Shown: piece by piece, positions 20,902 to 31,496 of the stretch
How positions within the stretch are numbered: position 1 is the first letter of the stretch
Layout: every line of letters begins with the position of its first letter
Assembly (NCBI GenBank): GCA_019058445.1
Contig: JAHPZA010000003.1
Span: 580,919 to 644,918, forward strand
Length of the DNA: 64,000 nt
Direction: 5' to 3'
DNA from: Promethearchaeota archaeon
GTDB lineage: Archaea; Asgardarchaeota; Lokiarchaeia; Sigyniarchaeales; SOKP01
The notes under the pieces: generated by a model
What the model saw: only the letters and a program-made list of their open reading frames with translations
Database searches by the model: none
What the model was told of the DNA's origin: nothing
Made by a program: the position numbers and the translations under genes

Positions 20902-23595
20902 ATGGCTCAAGACAAATTAGGTTTAAACGAGACTGAAGCGCTCTGCTATGAACTGCTTCTTATTAAAGGTAAACTTACTGCTGGAGAAGTCTGTATTTAC
21001 GCTAAGCTTGATGAAGAAACTGATTATGAGACAATTAAGGGAATATTGCATAACTTTGTTGAGAGAGGTCTTGCGCAAAAACTCCCAAAAGCTAAGGGAT
21101 TAGTCGATATTTACACGGGAGTTCCTCCGTTTGAAGGATTAATAAACCATTTAGACGATTTTTCCAAAGAGATTGGAGATCTGAAGAAAGAAATCGACAC
21201 TTCCTTGCAAAATCTTAGAGAGGAGGCGCAAAAAGAGGTATCAGAAATCCGTACCAATGTAGAGACAATAATTAATGATGAGAAAGCTGCTATTGATAAT
21301 GGCGTTTCTCAAACCAATATCACTTTATCTCAAATTGTTGAATCTTCTACTTCAGAATATACTGGAGCTTCAGATAAAAGCAAGCAAAAAGTCGAGGAGA
21401 TTACCAATACATCAAAAGCAAAAATTGGAGTAGATTTAGAGAAATTCGAGAAAGCGAGTGTAGATAATATTAACATATTTAAAGAAGAATCAATAAATCG
21501 GGGCAATGAGGCAAAAGATACAATTATTAGTAAATTTGGAGGTTTAGATGAGGAAGTAAAGAATCTATTCACCCTTTCAAAAGACAACTTTGCTAGTACA
21601 TTAAATTCAGCTAAAGATAAATCCATTGCTGATAATAATTCACAACAAGAACAATCCTTGGAGAAAATAAATAATTGGAAAACTGAAACTTTTACTGAAT
21701 TTGAGAATTTGTCAAAAACAACAGGAGATCAATTAGATATAAATCTAAGCAATTTGAAAACAAAAAATCTAGAAAATGCAAAAACACTTAAAGAAAGAAT
21801 AATAGAGCAAAGAAACAGTTTTAAAACAAACATCGATAATAATATTACTTCAAGCCGTGATAAATTAAACGAAACCCTCACAAAGCTCGGTGACGAGGCT
21901 GTAAAGAATTTATCAGAACTTCAAAATGGGCTATCACAAGCATTAGAACAAGGAAATTCAACGTTAAACAGCACTTTAGAGCAGCAGAAAAATTCTCTTA
22001 ATGAATATCTCACTCAAACTTCTACTGATTTAAATTCCAGTTTCAATAATCAAATTACCTCCCTAGATTCGGGCCTAAATGAACAAAAAGATGATTTTAG
22101 CAGCAAAATGAATGACCAATTAGTAAAATTCTTAGAATTTGGAAAAACATTTTTCAATGAAACCAGAGATCAATTCGCAGGTAAAATTAAATCTGTTATT
22201 GAATTTGTCAAAGAAAAGTTTAAAGAATTTAAAGTGGCCACTCAAAATCAGTTTGATACAATCAAGAGCGAGGTAGATACGAAATTTAATGAATTCTCAG
22301 GAAATGTTGCTACTGTTATTGAGAACCTAAGAGAATCGTCCTCATCAAGCATGGAATCAATTGGAAATGAAGTGAAAGGGAAATCGACTCAATTTACTGA
22401 TGAAGTAAAATCGCAGCAGGGAGCTTTGTTAGAAAACCTTGAAAAAGAACTTGCTCAAAATTCAAACAATTATTCTAATCAATTGGATACCGATTTATCT
22501 GAAATCGAAGTGGGTACTGAGGGCGCTTTAAATGAAACAAAAGCAAGTTTGGAAAAGACGATTACAAAATCAAAAGATATAATAAGTGAAATAATTACTA
22601 AGGTAAGTACTGGATTTGAGGTTTTAGCCAAAACTTTTGAGGAAAAAACAAGCAGTAAGGCAGAAGCCGTGATTACAGAAATTTCGACAAAATCGGATGA
22701 AACAGAAGGGAAGTTGACAGATTCTATTGCAAAAGGGACAGAAATTAGCACTGAACACTTTTCAAGTTTCATAAAGAATCTTGAGAGCCCAATCAACTCA
22801 GTTAATGAAAAACTCGGAGCGTCAGTGAATTCATCAAAATCGAGTATAGATTCAAACCTGGATTTATTAATGCAATCCTACTTAGAAACTATTGGTGCTG
22901 CAGAAGATAATTTTGCATCATCCGTTAATGGATTAAAAGAAACTCTTCCAAGTCAAATAAACAGTATCAATTCAGAATTTCAAGGTTCTACTGATAAAGT
23001 TGGGAATGATACTATTAATAAAATTGATGCTCTCACAAATCAAATGTTAGAATCATTTGATAATGCTGTTGCGGGAGTTTCAGATCCCGTGAATAAAGCT
23101 GTTGAAATTGCGAATAACGGAAAAGCTACTTTCGAAAACATTTGGAGTGATGTGAAATCAATGGAGCTTCTCACAGCAGAAGGGACATGGCAGATTGCAA
23201 CACAATACACGATTATGGCTTATCTCGAGGCTATGATAAAAAGGACAAAAGCACATCTATTAATTGTAGTTCCCACTATGTCATTATTACCTCTAAATGC
23301 CATATTAAAGACTAAAATGATGCAAAAAATTACCATTGCATGCAAAATAACTGATAAAGAAATGGCCAACAAACTTACTGCAAAAGACAACGTAGATCTA
23401 CGTTCTATAACCGAGATGATTGTCTCCGCTATAGGGGCCAATCGAGATCAAGAAGAAGCTTTTTATGGACCCTATACCGAAAATCCAAAAGAGATGGTCT
23501 GTACGATAACCCAACAAGACGAACTCATCAGAATAATTGCTGAAATGCTGTCAAGCTTTTACAGAGGTCGTTCAGTAAAATATACTAAAGATTAA
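20902..23595 (+). CDS. TrmB-type wHTH + very long amphipathic helical region + TrmB effector/PLD-like C-terminal domain
   Basis: LGLNETEALCYELLL..G.LTAGEV wHTH, Y.GVPP, about 680 aa helical insert, C-terminal AMIKRTKAHLLIVVP..NRDQEE; probable start ATG 20902 (track 20839). Confidence 0.75.
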   Translation: MAQDKLGLNETEALCYELLLIKGKLTAGEVCIYAKLDEETDYETIKGILHNFVERGLAQKLPKAKGLVDIYTGVPPFEGLINHLDDFSKEIGDLKKEIDTSLQNLREEAQKEVSEIRTNVETIINDEKAAIDNGVSQTNITLSQIVESSTSEYTGASDKSKQKVEEITNTSKAKIGVDLEKFEKASVDNINIFKEESINRGNEAKDTIISKFGGLDEEVKNLFTLSKDNFASTLNSAKDKSIADNNSQQEQSLEKINNWKTETFTEFENLSKTTGDQLDINLSNLKTKNLENAKTLKERIIEQRNSFKTNIDNNITSSRDKLNETLTKLGDEAVKNLSELQNGLSQALEQGNSTLNSTLEQQKNSLNEYLTQTSTDLNSSFNNQITSLDSGLNEQKDDFSSKMNDQLVKFLEFGKTFFNETRDQFAGKIKSVIEFVKEKFKEFKVATQNQFDTIKSEVDTKFNEFSGNVATVIENLRESSSSSMESIGNEVKGKSTQFTDEVKSQQGALLENLEKELAQNSNNYSNQLDTDLSEIEVGTEGALNETKASLEKTITKSKDIISEIITKVSTGFEVLAKTFEEKTSSKAEAVITEISTKSDETEGKLTDSIAKGTEISTEHFSSFIKNLESPINSVNEKLGASVNSSKSSIDSNLDLLMQSYLETIGAAEDNFASSVNGLKETLPSQINSINSEFQGSTDKVGNDTINKIDALTNQMLESFDNAVAGVSDPVNKAVEIANNGKATFENIWSDVKSMELLTAEGTWQIATQYTIMAYLEAMIKRTKAHLLIVVPTMSLLPLNAILKTKMMQKITIACKITDKEMANKLTAKDNVDLRSITEMIVSAIGANRDQEEAFYGPYTENPKEMVCTITQQDELIRIIAEMLSSFYRGRSVKYTKD

Positions 23596-23680
23596 TTTCT
23601 TTCTTTTTTATTTTATTTAAACTCCAAATAGATTATTAATAAAAAAAAAAGGATTTTGATTTAAAAAATTCTTTTTTATT

Positions 23681-24076
23681 CTATTTTAAATCTCTATTAT
23701 AGAAATAGGCGTTAAGTATAATTAATACGATTAGTATTATACTATCAAACCACGTTGTTTGTGTATATGTAGGAGAAAGTGGAAGTACAATTAATTCCCA
23801 TATGTTTAGCGCAAGGATTACAACACACCACAATATTGCAAATTCAATTATAAATTTGACCTGTTCGACTTCTGCTCTCTTTAAAGCAATCAGAGCCATA
23901 ATAGCAAGCACTAAAAGTGTTCCTCCAAATGCCCTCCAATAGTAAGGATCAAACACTAATGGATCGACTAAACTGGCATAGGTTTCCGGGATTACTAAAT
24001 AGAGAAATGTAAAGATAAGCGCGGCAATAGCATTAATAATTAACACTATTTTCACTTCTTTTGATATTTCTGCCAT
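23681..24076 (-). CDS. 4-TM membrane protein, paralog of 20234..20629
   Basis: Colinear similarity (LVIPETYA vs LVIPDTYA). Confidence 0.8.
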   Translation of the reverse strand: MAEISKEVKIVLIINAIAALIFTFLYLVIPETYASLVDPLVFDPYYWRAFGGTLLVLAIMALIALKRAEVEQVKFIIEFAILWCVVILALNIWELIVLPLSPTYTQTTWFDSIILIVLIILNAYFYNRDLK

Positions 24077-24447
24077 TTATAAAATCATCTCTTGAGATTT
24101 TTAAAGTATTTATTGGATTTGGTTTTTTTAAAAAGATTTAATGTAATATTAGATGGATGTTTATTTATATATTTTTAAAACTTTAAGAATAAACCATCAG
24201 AAATTTGGAAAAAATGAGAATTTTACATTATTTCTGATTAATTTTATTCTTTAAAACAAAATGTTAATAAATTAATTATTTTAATATCTTGAAAGTTAGA
24301 AAGTCTAATAAATCATTATCCAAAGAATTATATTTCTAAAAATAAAAGAAATCATGATAAGCTGCTTTTTGATAAGGGTGAATAAATATTTCTTGAATTA
24401 AACCCGATTCAATTAGTTTACCAAAATTCTGCTAATTTTGAAAAAAT

Positions 24448-25497
24448 GTGAATATTATGAAGAATAAATGGATTTTGTATGGAGCATATGGATATACAGG
24501 GAGATTAATAGCTGAAGAAGCATTATTAAGAGGTCATAGACCTGTATTAGGAGGCCGTTCTAGAGAAAAACTTATACCCTTAGCGAAAGAATTGAATTTA
24601 GATTATAGAATATTTAATTTAGAAAATAAAGAGAACCTATATAAAACGATTTCAGAATTTGATTTGGTTTTTCATGCTGCAGGACCTTATATCCATACAA
24701 GTAAACCAATGGTTCAAGCATGTTTAAAAGCAGGAATAAACTATTTGGATATAACTGGTGAAGTACCCGTGTTCGAACAGAACTTTAGATATGATGAGGA
24801 GGCCCGTGAAAAAGGGATTGCTATAATTTCAGGAGTAGGATTTGATGTTGTACCCACAGATTGTATGGCAAAGTATGTAAGTGAACAAATTAGTAATCCA
24901 TCGCAGTTAGAACTTGCTATTGCTGGTGAAGGAGGGATAAGTCCTGGTACCCTTAAAACAATCTTCGAACATATTTCTACAGGAATATTAATCCGTGAAA
25001 ATGGCCAACTTAAAAATATATCTCTTGGAAAGGGAACACGTGAAGTGACTTTCTCTGATAGAGTACGAGAAGTAACACCAACAGTCTGGGGAGATCTAGC
25101 CTCTGCTTATCTTACAACAGGAATTCCGAACATAAGTGTTTATATGCCTTATTCGAAAACTCTTGGAGATTTAATGAAAGCCACAAGGTTAAAGAAAGAT
25201 AGAGTTAATGAGTGGATCGAAAAAAATATTCAAGGACCTGATGAGTTTACAAGAAACACCGCACGATCATATATATGGGCTCAAGTAACTAATAATAATG
25301 GTCAAGAGGCTCAAGCTTGGTTAGAAACAATGGAAGGTTATAAATTTACTGCTCTTGCTAGTGTAAGGAGCGTTGAAAAAGTTTTTGAATTATCTCCGAA
25401 AGGTGCTTTAACTCCTGCTTTAGCATTTGGAAAGGACTTCGTTCTAGAACTCCCCGAGACAAAGCGTCTCGATAATATTGAAATATTGGTAAATTAA
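24448..25497 (+). CDS. Saccharopine dehydrogenase-like NAD(P)-binding oxidoreductase
   Basis: YGAYGYTG, AGPY, YLDITGE, GFDVVPTD. Confidence 0.88.
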   Translation: MNIMKNKWILYGAYGYTGRLIAEEALLRGHRPVLGGRSREKLIPLAKELNLDYRIFNLENKENLYKTISEFDLVFHAAGPYIHTSKPMVQACLKAGINYLDITGEVPVFEQNFRYDEEAREKGIAIISGVGFDVVPTDCMAKYVSEQISNPSQLELAIAGEGGISPGTLKTIFEHISTGILIRENGQLKNISLGKGTREVTFSDRVREVTPTVWGDLASAYLTTGIPNISVYMPYSKTLGDLMKATRLKKDRVNEWIEKNIQGPDEFTRNTARSYIWAQVTNNNGQEAQAWLETMEGYKFTALASVRSVEKVFELSPKGALTPALAFGKDFVLELPETKRLDNIEILVN

Positions 25498-25618
25498 GTA
25501 AGATTTTTCGTTTTTTTCCTTATTTTTTTGTTATAGTTTATTTGAATAGTGTTAAATTGTTTCGAATCTATAATTTCTTAATAGCTATCTTTAAACATAA
25601 CTTTATAGTTGGTTCAAT

Positions 25619-26470
25619 ATGGTTTTCGAAACTCTACTATTTGAATTAAGGGATGATGGGATCGGTATTTTGACACTCAACCGACCTGACAACTTAAATG
25701 CAATGTCCTTTCAAATGTTTGAAGATCTTAACCACATTTTTGATGATTTGATGATAAACTTAGATTGCAGAGTTGTCATCTTAAAGGGTCAAGGACGGGC
25801 TTTTTGCGCCGGTTTAGATTTAAATGAAATGAATGTGTTGAATACTAGAAGAAAACCAGAGGAATACAAGAAATTTTATTATTTAAATATTCCCGAAGTA
25901 TTAAAAAACAGAGTTTACTTTCAATCAAGGTTAAGTCGAGTGATTATGAAAATGAGAAAAATCAGCCAACCAATAATTTCTATAATACATGGTCCAGCTA
26001 CGGGTGGTGGATTTGCACTAACTTTAGCATCTGACATAAGAATTGCAGGAGAAAAAGCAAAATTTAATAATGCGTTCATTAAATTAGGGCTTTCTGGATC
26101 TGATGTGGGTACTAGCTATTTTTTACCTCGTCTCATTGGAGTATCTAGAGCTACGGAAATTCTGTATACTGGTAGATTTGTCGATGCCGAAGAAGCAGAG
26201 CGAATAGGTCTTGTTTGCAAAGTGGTAAACGGGAATCAAAATGATTTATTAGCTGCTGCAATGGAAATTGCCGAAGAACTACTCACCAAAAGTCCACTCG
26301 GATTAAGAATGACAAAAGAGGCTATCAATTTATCTCAAGATTCACCGAGTTTGGAAACAATGATCCAGTTAGAAAATCGAGCACAAATGATAGCTAGTGC
26401 ATCAAATGATGTGTTAGAGGGTATGTTAGCCTTTTTTGAAAAAAGAAAGCCGAAATTCCCTAAGCTTTAG
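25619..26470 (+). CDS. Enoyl-CoA hydratase/isomerase family protein (copy 1)
   Basis: LNRP..LNA, AFCAGLD, GPATGGG, ASDIR, FFEKRKP. Confidence 0.92.
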   Translation: MVFETLLFELRDDGIGILTLNRPDNLNAMSFQMFEDLNHIFDDLMINLDCRVVILKGQGRAFCAGLDLNEMNVLNTRRKPEEYKKFYYLNIPEVLKNRVYFQSRLSRVIMKMRKISQPIISIIHGPATGGGFALTLASDIRIAGEKAKFNNAFIKLGLSGSDVGTSYFLPRLIGVSRATEILYTGRFVDAEEAERIGLVCKVVNGNQNDLLAAAMEIAEELLTKSPLGLRMTKEAINLSQDSPSLETMIQLENRAQMIASASNDVLEGMLAFFEKRKPKFPKL

Positions 26471-26568
26471 GAATGCTTTAAACAAATGAATCTTTAAAAT
26501 GTTTGAAACTTTTAATTAAAACTATAGGATATAATCCTTATAAAAAAAATGTAGAAATTGATAAAAAT

Positions 26569-27429
26569 ATGGAACTTGAAACTCTATTATTTGAATTGAG
26601 GGATGATGGTATTGGGATTTTAACTCTCAACCGTCCTGAAAAATTAAATGCTATGAACTTTCAAATGATTGAAGATCTTCATCAAATATTCGATAATTTG
26701 ATAGTGAATTTAGATTGCCGGGTTTTAATTTTAAAAGGTGCTGGAAGGGCGTTCTGTGCAGGATTAGACCTAAGAGAGTCTGCAATACTTCAAACGAAGA
26801 AAAAACCCCCGGAACTGAAAGAAAAGTTTTTCTATGCAAGAGCTCCTGATAAGGACATAATTAAAGCAAAAATGTATGGCCAATGGAGAACTTCTCATTT
26901 AATTCCTAAGATGCGAAAAATCAGCCAACCCATTATAGCAGTTATTCATGGTCCTGCTACGGGAGCGGGATTTACATTTGCTTTAGCCTCTGATATTCGA
27001 ATTATAGGTGAGAATGGAAGGTTTGCTAATTCTTTCATAAATATTGGATTTTCAGGATCAGATTTGGCCAGCAGTTACCATCTACCTAGATTAATAGGTA
27101 TGTCCCGAGCTGCCGAGATTTTATATACTGGACGATTTGTTAATGCCGAAGAAGCCGAAAAAATAGGGCTAGTTTTTAAGCTAGTAAAAGGTGATGAAAA
27201 TAAATTATTAGCAAGTGCAATGGAAATTGCTGAAGAACTTCTTACAAAAAGCCCACTAGGCCTTCGGATGACAAAAGAAGCTATTAATTTAACTATGGAT
27301 TCACCCAGTTTAGAGACCATGATGCAAATAGAAAACCGATCACAAATGCTTTGCTCAACTTCTGCAGATCTTATGGAAGGAATAAATGCTTTCTTTGATA
27401 AAAGGAAGCCTAAATACCCAAAGTTATAA
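26569..27429 (+). CDS. Enoyl-CoA hydratase/isomerase family protein (copy 2)
   Basis: Start moved to ATG 26569 (MELETLLFE) by alignment with its paralogs. Confidence 0.92.
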   Translation: MELETLLFELRDDGIGILTLNRPEKLNAMNFQMIEDLHQIFDNLIVNLDCRVLILKGAGRAFCAGLDLRESAILQTKKKPPELKEKFFYARAPDKDIIKAKMYGQWRTSHLIPKMRKISQPIIAVIHGPATGAGFTFALASDIRIIGENGRFANSFINIGFSGSDLASSYHLPRLIGMSRAAEILYTGRFVNAEEAEKIGLVFKLVKGDENKLLASAMEIAEELLTKSPLGLRMTKEAINLTMDSPSLETMMQIENRSQMLCSTSADLMEGINAFFDKRKPKYPKL

Positions 27430-27449
27430 TAAATCAAGAGGGATGAAAT

Positions 27450-28295
27450 GTGGATTTAGAAACTATGAAATTTGAACTGCGCGATAATGGGATAGGAATC
27501 CTCAGTCTCAACCGCCCAGAAAAATTGAATGCGATTTCATTTCAGATGGAAGAAGATTTCCATCAAGTTTTAGATCATTTAATGGTGAACTTGGATTGTA
27601 GAGTTCTTATACTGAGAGGAGAAGGGCGAGCATTTTCTGCGGGCACAGATCTTCAAGAAGGATTAACGTTAAATTCTAAAAAAACCCCCGAGGGGTATGA
27701 TAGATTCTATTTTTTAACCGTAAAGGAACCTATAAAAAGGAAGATGTATCATCAATGGCGCATTACTCAAATTATTGTTAAGCTACGCAAAATATCACAA
27801 CCCATTATTGTTCTTGTTCAAGGAGCAGCAGCTGGCGGAGGGCTTGCTTTCGCATTGGCATCAGATATAAGAATTGTAACGAAAGATGCAAAATTTATTA
27901 ATGCTTCAATCAATATTGGGCTTACAGGAGCTGATATGGGGGGGAGTTATTTTCTTCCCCGATTAATTGGAAGAGCTAGAGCTTCTGAAATTCTAATGAG
28001 TGGTAGAGTTGTTGATGGGATTGAGGCAGAAAGCATAGGATTAGCAGTAAAACTCGTCGATGAGGCAGATTTGTTAAATACTGGACTAGAAATCGCAGAG
28101 GAACTATTAACTAAAAGTCCACTCGGATTAAGGATGACAAAAGAAGCTATAAATCTTTCTTTAGATTCCCCAAGTTTAGAAAATATTGTTCAGTTTGAAA
28201 ATAGTTCAATTATGATTACATTTTCCTCCAAAGACGTCAATGAAGCTTCAAGTGCATTCTTTGAAAAAAGAAAACCGAAATATCCATTAAAATAA
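27450..28295 (+). CDS. Enoyl-CoA hydratase/isomerase family protein (copy 3)
   Basis: Same crotonase motifs; GTG start. Confidence 0.92.
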   Translation: MDLETMKFELRDNGIGILSLNRPEKLNAISFQMEEDFHQVLDHLMVNLDCRVLILRGEGRAFSAGTDLQEGLTLNSKKTPEGYDRFYFLTVKEPIKRKMYHQWRITQIIVKLRKISQPIIVLVQGAAAGGGLAFALASDIRIVTKDAKFINASINIGLTGADMGGSYFLPRLIGRARASEILMSGRVVDGIEAESIGLAVKLVDEADLLNTGLEIAEELLTKSPLGLRMTKEAINLSLDSPSLENIVQFENSSIMITFSSKDVNEASSAFFEKRKPKYPLK

Positions 28296-28403
28296 TCTTT
28301 TCTTTAACAACTTGAAAAAACTTTTTTTTGATCGATAAACATTTTATATGCTCTTTTTCAACGATCAGTTATAACTAATTCAACTTAAAAAGGTAGATTA
28401 TAA

Positions 28404-29519
28404 ATTACATCAAATAAATTATGGTATAAAGTGGCTAGAGCAATAATTAAAGCTGGCAGTTTACCCATCCCGATTGTGGATACCTTTTATGAATTACTTA
28501 AGCTATTATTGACTGAAGAGCAAGCCGAGTTTATCTTGATATTTAGCAAAAAACCATCGCTAAATATGGATGAAATTAGAAGTAAAACTGACTTAGATGA
28601 TAATGCGATACATAAAATGCTGAATGATTTAATGTATAACGGCATAATTACAGGAACACGTAGTAATCGTTCTGGAATTAGAGTTTATCGGTTATTACCT
28701 CCATTTCCAGGGATTTTTGAAGCCCAATTTATGAGGGGAGAGAGGGGAGAAAAACAAAAGAATTTAGCGAGAGTATTTGATAAGTTATTCGATGATTGGA
28801 GTAGCGGTATTCAAATGAATTATGATAATATGATCCCTCAATTTAAAAATGCACCTCCAATAAATAGGATTGTCCCGGTTGAAGAGGAAATAGACATAGG
28901 AAATGAAACCGTACTACCCTATGAAGTTGTCCAAAATATTATAGGGCGGCATGAATTTATTGCTGTAACAAATTGCTATTGTCGTCATGAGAAAAGTCTT
29001 ATAAATGAGCCATGCAAATTAGATGCTCCAATACAAAATTGCCTTTTGTTTGGGAAAAACGCTCAATTCTCAGTAGAATACGGGTTTGCTAAGCAAATAT
29101 CTAAAGAATCAGCTCTGAAAATATTAAAAGAAGCAGAAGATTATGGCCTCGTTCATAAAGCATTTCATACCCACCAAGATATAGAAAGAGGTGAGGAGGC
29201 CATTTGTAGCTGCTGCAAGTGTTGCTGTGGCGTATTTCAACTCCATTATAAAGGGGTTGCTCCAATCCATACTGTATCTTCCTATATCGTAATGTTAAAC
29301 AAAGAAAAGTGCATTGGCTGTGGGATGTGTATAGAAAAATGCCCCATGGAAGCAATTAATTGGTACAATTCAGATGTAGAAATACTTGAAAATAGATGTA
29401 TTGGTTGTGGTGTATGCGCCTACCATTGTCCTGAAGACGCACTCAAATTAGTAAAAATTCAATCAAGAAATATATTTATTCCCCCTCCAAAACTTCTTAA
29501 AGAGTTAAATAATCTTTAG
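28404..29519 (+). CDS. 4Fe-4S binding protein with N-terminal HTH-like region; probable ATT start at 28404
   Basis: CYCRH, ICSCCKCCC, CIGCGMC...CP, CIGCGVC...CP; frame open from 28404, directly after TAA, with AGGTAG upstream. Confidence 0.85.
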   Translation: MTSNKLWYKVARAIIKAGSLPIPIVDTFYELLKLLLTEEQAEFILIFSKKPSLNMDEIRSKTDLDDNAIHKMLNDLMYNGIITGTRSNRSGIRVYRLLPPFPGIFEAQFMRGERGEKQKNLARVFDKLFDDWSSGIQMNYDNMIPQFKNAPPINRIVPVEEEIDIGNETVLPYEVVQNIIGRHEFIAVTNCYCRHEKSLINEPCKLDAPIQNCLLFGKNAQFSVEYGFAKQISKESALKILKEAEDYGLVHKAFHTHQDIERGEEAICSCCKCCCGVFQLHYKGVAPIHTVSSYIVMLNKEKCIGCGMCIEKCPMEAINWYNSDVEILENRCIGCGVCAYHCPEDALKLVKIQSRNIFIPPPKLLKELNNL

Positions 29520-29665
29520 TTTCCAGTATACTTGAATCTTATTGATTAAATATTTCAAATCTCTTTTTTTTCCAACTGATAACAACTTGTATTTGATCGA
29601 ATAATGTTTAAAAAGTGTGAATATTGTTTTTCTCAAATTCAAGATATAAAATAAAATGAATAAAT

Positions 29666-30601
29666 ATGGGAATGTTAGAAGATAAGGTTGCTATTATAAC
29701 TGGTGCTGCCCGAGGGATAGGGCGGCAAGAAGCACTAAGTTTTGCGAAAGAAGGATGTCATCTTTTAATTAATGATTTAGGGTGTTCTCTAGACGGTTTT
29801 GGAAGTGAACGAATTGCAGATAACATTGTTAAAGATATAAAAAAAATTGGGGTTAAAGCAGTTGCTAATTATGACTCTATTTCAAACTTTCAAAAAGCAA
29901 AAGAAGTAGTAGATCAAGCGATTTCTGAATTTGGTAAATTAGATATTGTAATCAATAATGCAGGAATTTTAAGAGATCGGATGAGTTATAATATGACCGA
30001 AGAAGAATGGGATGATGTTATATCAGTTCATTTAAAGGGAACTTTTAATATGTGTCGGCATTCTGCTGCCTATTTTAGGGAACAGGGAAAGTCAGATAAA
30101 AAATTTTCTGGCAGAATCATTAATGCGATTTCAGATGCGGGAGTATTAGGAAATCTTGGGCAATTAAATTATGGAGCCGCCAAGGCTGGAATTGCTGCAA
30201 TGACTTTAATATTATCTAGGGAATTAAAGAAATATGCTACTGTCAATAGTGTAATTCAAATAGCAAGAACCAGATTCACCTTAAACTCTAGTGCGCAAAT
30301 TGCTAGACTTATGAACAAAAAGGATGAGAAGGGTTTTGATATATTTGATCCTGCTAATGTTATTCCAATTGTAATCTTTCTTGCTTCGAATAAAGCTAAA
30401 AAGATTAGTGGAGAAGTATTTCGAATTGCAGGTGATAAATGCTGGATTTTACGGGGATGGCATTCTGTAAACCGAATAGATAATAATAGTAAAGCGTTTT
30501 CTCCCCAAGTTCTTGGTGAAAGAATAAAACAAGAATTATTAAAAGGTATTCCCAAAAAAGAGACAGTGATGGAAATCTTTAGTCAATTGGTAAATATGTA
30601 A
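29666..30601 (+). CDS. SDR oxidoreductase, (3R)-hydroxyacyl-CoA dehydrogenase/MFE2-like
   Basis: TGAARGIG, NDLG, NNAGILRD, NYGAAK. Confidence 0.9.
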   Translation: MGMLEDKVAIITGAARGIGRQEALSFAKEGCHLLINDLGCSLDGFGSERIADNIVKDIKKIGVKAVANYDSISNFQKAKEVVDQAISEFGKLDIVINNAGILRDRMSYNMTEEEWDDVISVHLKGTFNMCRHSAAYFREQGKSDKKFSGRIINAISDAGVLGNLGQLNYGAAKAGIAAMTLILSRELKKYATVNSVIQIARTRFTLNSSAQIARLMNKKDEKGFDIFDPANVIPIVIFLASNKAKKISGEVFRIAGDKCWILRGWHSVNRIDNNSKAFSPQVLGERIKQELLKGIPKKETVMEIFSQLVNM

Positions 30602-30611
30602 CAAGATTAAT

Positions 30612-31496
30612 CTATTCAAAGGCACTAAATATCCATAAATTTAGAAATTTTTTTCTTAGTTCTAAGGCTAATTTTGGATCTAAGACATTCAAACACGCGA
30701 AAATATCTGAAGGATTTAACGGATTTTGAAGTTTTAAAATTACCCTTTCCTTATCAAATATATCGTAGAAAGTGGGTATTCTTTTAAAAGTATATTTTAT
30801 CTCCAAACCATTTTTTTTTGGAGATATGTTAAAGAAATCTTCAAATTTGCTAATAAATTCATTAAATAGCTTTATATTATTTAATTCATTCTGCTCAGGT
30901 GAGATTTCTTGATCCGGGTCAAACGAACATAAATATTTTATATTAACACCCCGATCTAACACCGTAGACATCTCTTTAATAATACGTTTTAAGAAGGGAA
31001 GTCTTTTAACCGAATTAGGGTTTAAAGAAACATTTATTAATAATTCTTCCTCTAATTCCTTTATACTATTAATATAAAGGGATTCAATGGAAATATAGCC
31101 TAAGGCTGTAGACCAAAAAACTCTTGAGGTTTCACTTCTCTTCATTAAATCAGATTTGTATAAATCAGATTCTAATTTTTTTGCTATATTTATTAAGGAA
31201 GTAATTTTTCTCTGATTTTCTTCCGTTAAATGAGAGATTAAATTGTGAAACGCTAGATTCGGAGGGATGGCTATATATTTTTTTGGTCGAGATTCTTGAA
31301 TTCTTATTAATCCCTTTTCTTTTAAGTCTTCTAGTACTTCATAGATTCTTCCACCTGGAACACTTGATCTTTTACTTATTTCTTTAGCTGTTAAAATATT
31401 TGTAGGTAATAGTGAGATATAAGAAGCTATAGCATATGAGGATAACTTCATATTTTTTAGAAATTCCTTTAATTCTTCAATTAAATTATTATCCAT
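30612..31496 (-). CDS. TrmB family transcriptional regulator
   Basis: LSSY...YISL, TAKEIS..S.VP..RIYEVL..L.EKGL, SRPKKY.A.PP; C-terminal effector domain. Confidence 0.9.
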   Translation of the reverse strand: MDNNLIEELKEFLKNMKLSSYAIASYISLLPTNILTAKEISKRSSVPGGRIYEVLEDLKEKGLIRIQESRPKKYIAIPPNLAFHNLISHLTEENQRKITSLINIAKKLESDLYKSDLMKRSETSRVFWSTALGYISIESLYINSIKELEEELLINVSLNPNSVKRLPFLKRIIKEMSTVLDRGVNIKYLCSFDPDQEISPEQNELNNIKLFNEFISKFEDFFNISPKKNGLEIKYTFKRIPTFYDIFDKERVILKLQNPLNPSDIFACLNVLDPKLALELRKKFLNLWIFSAFE

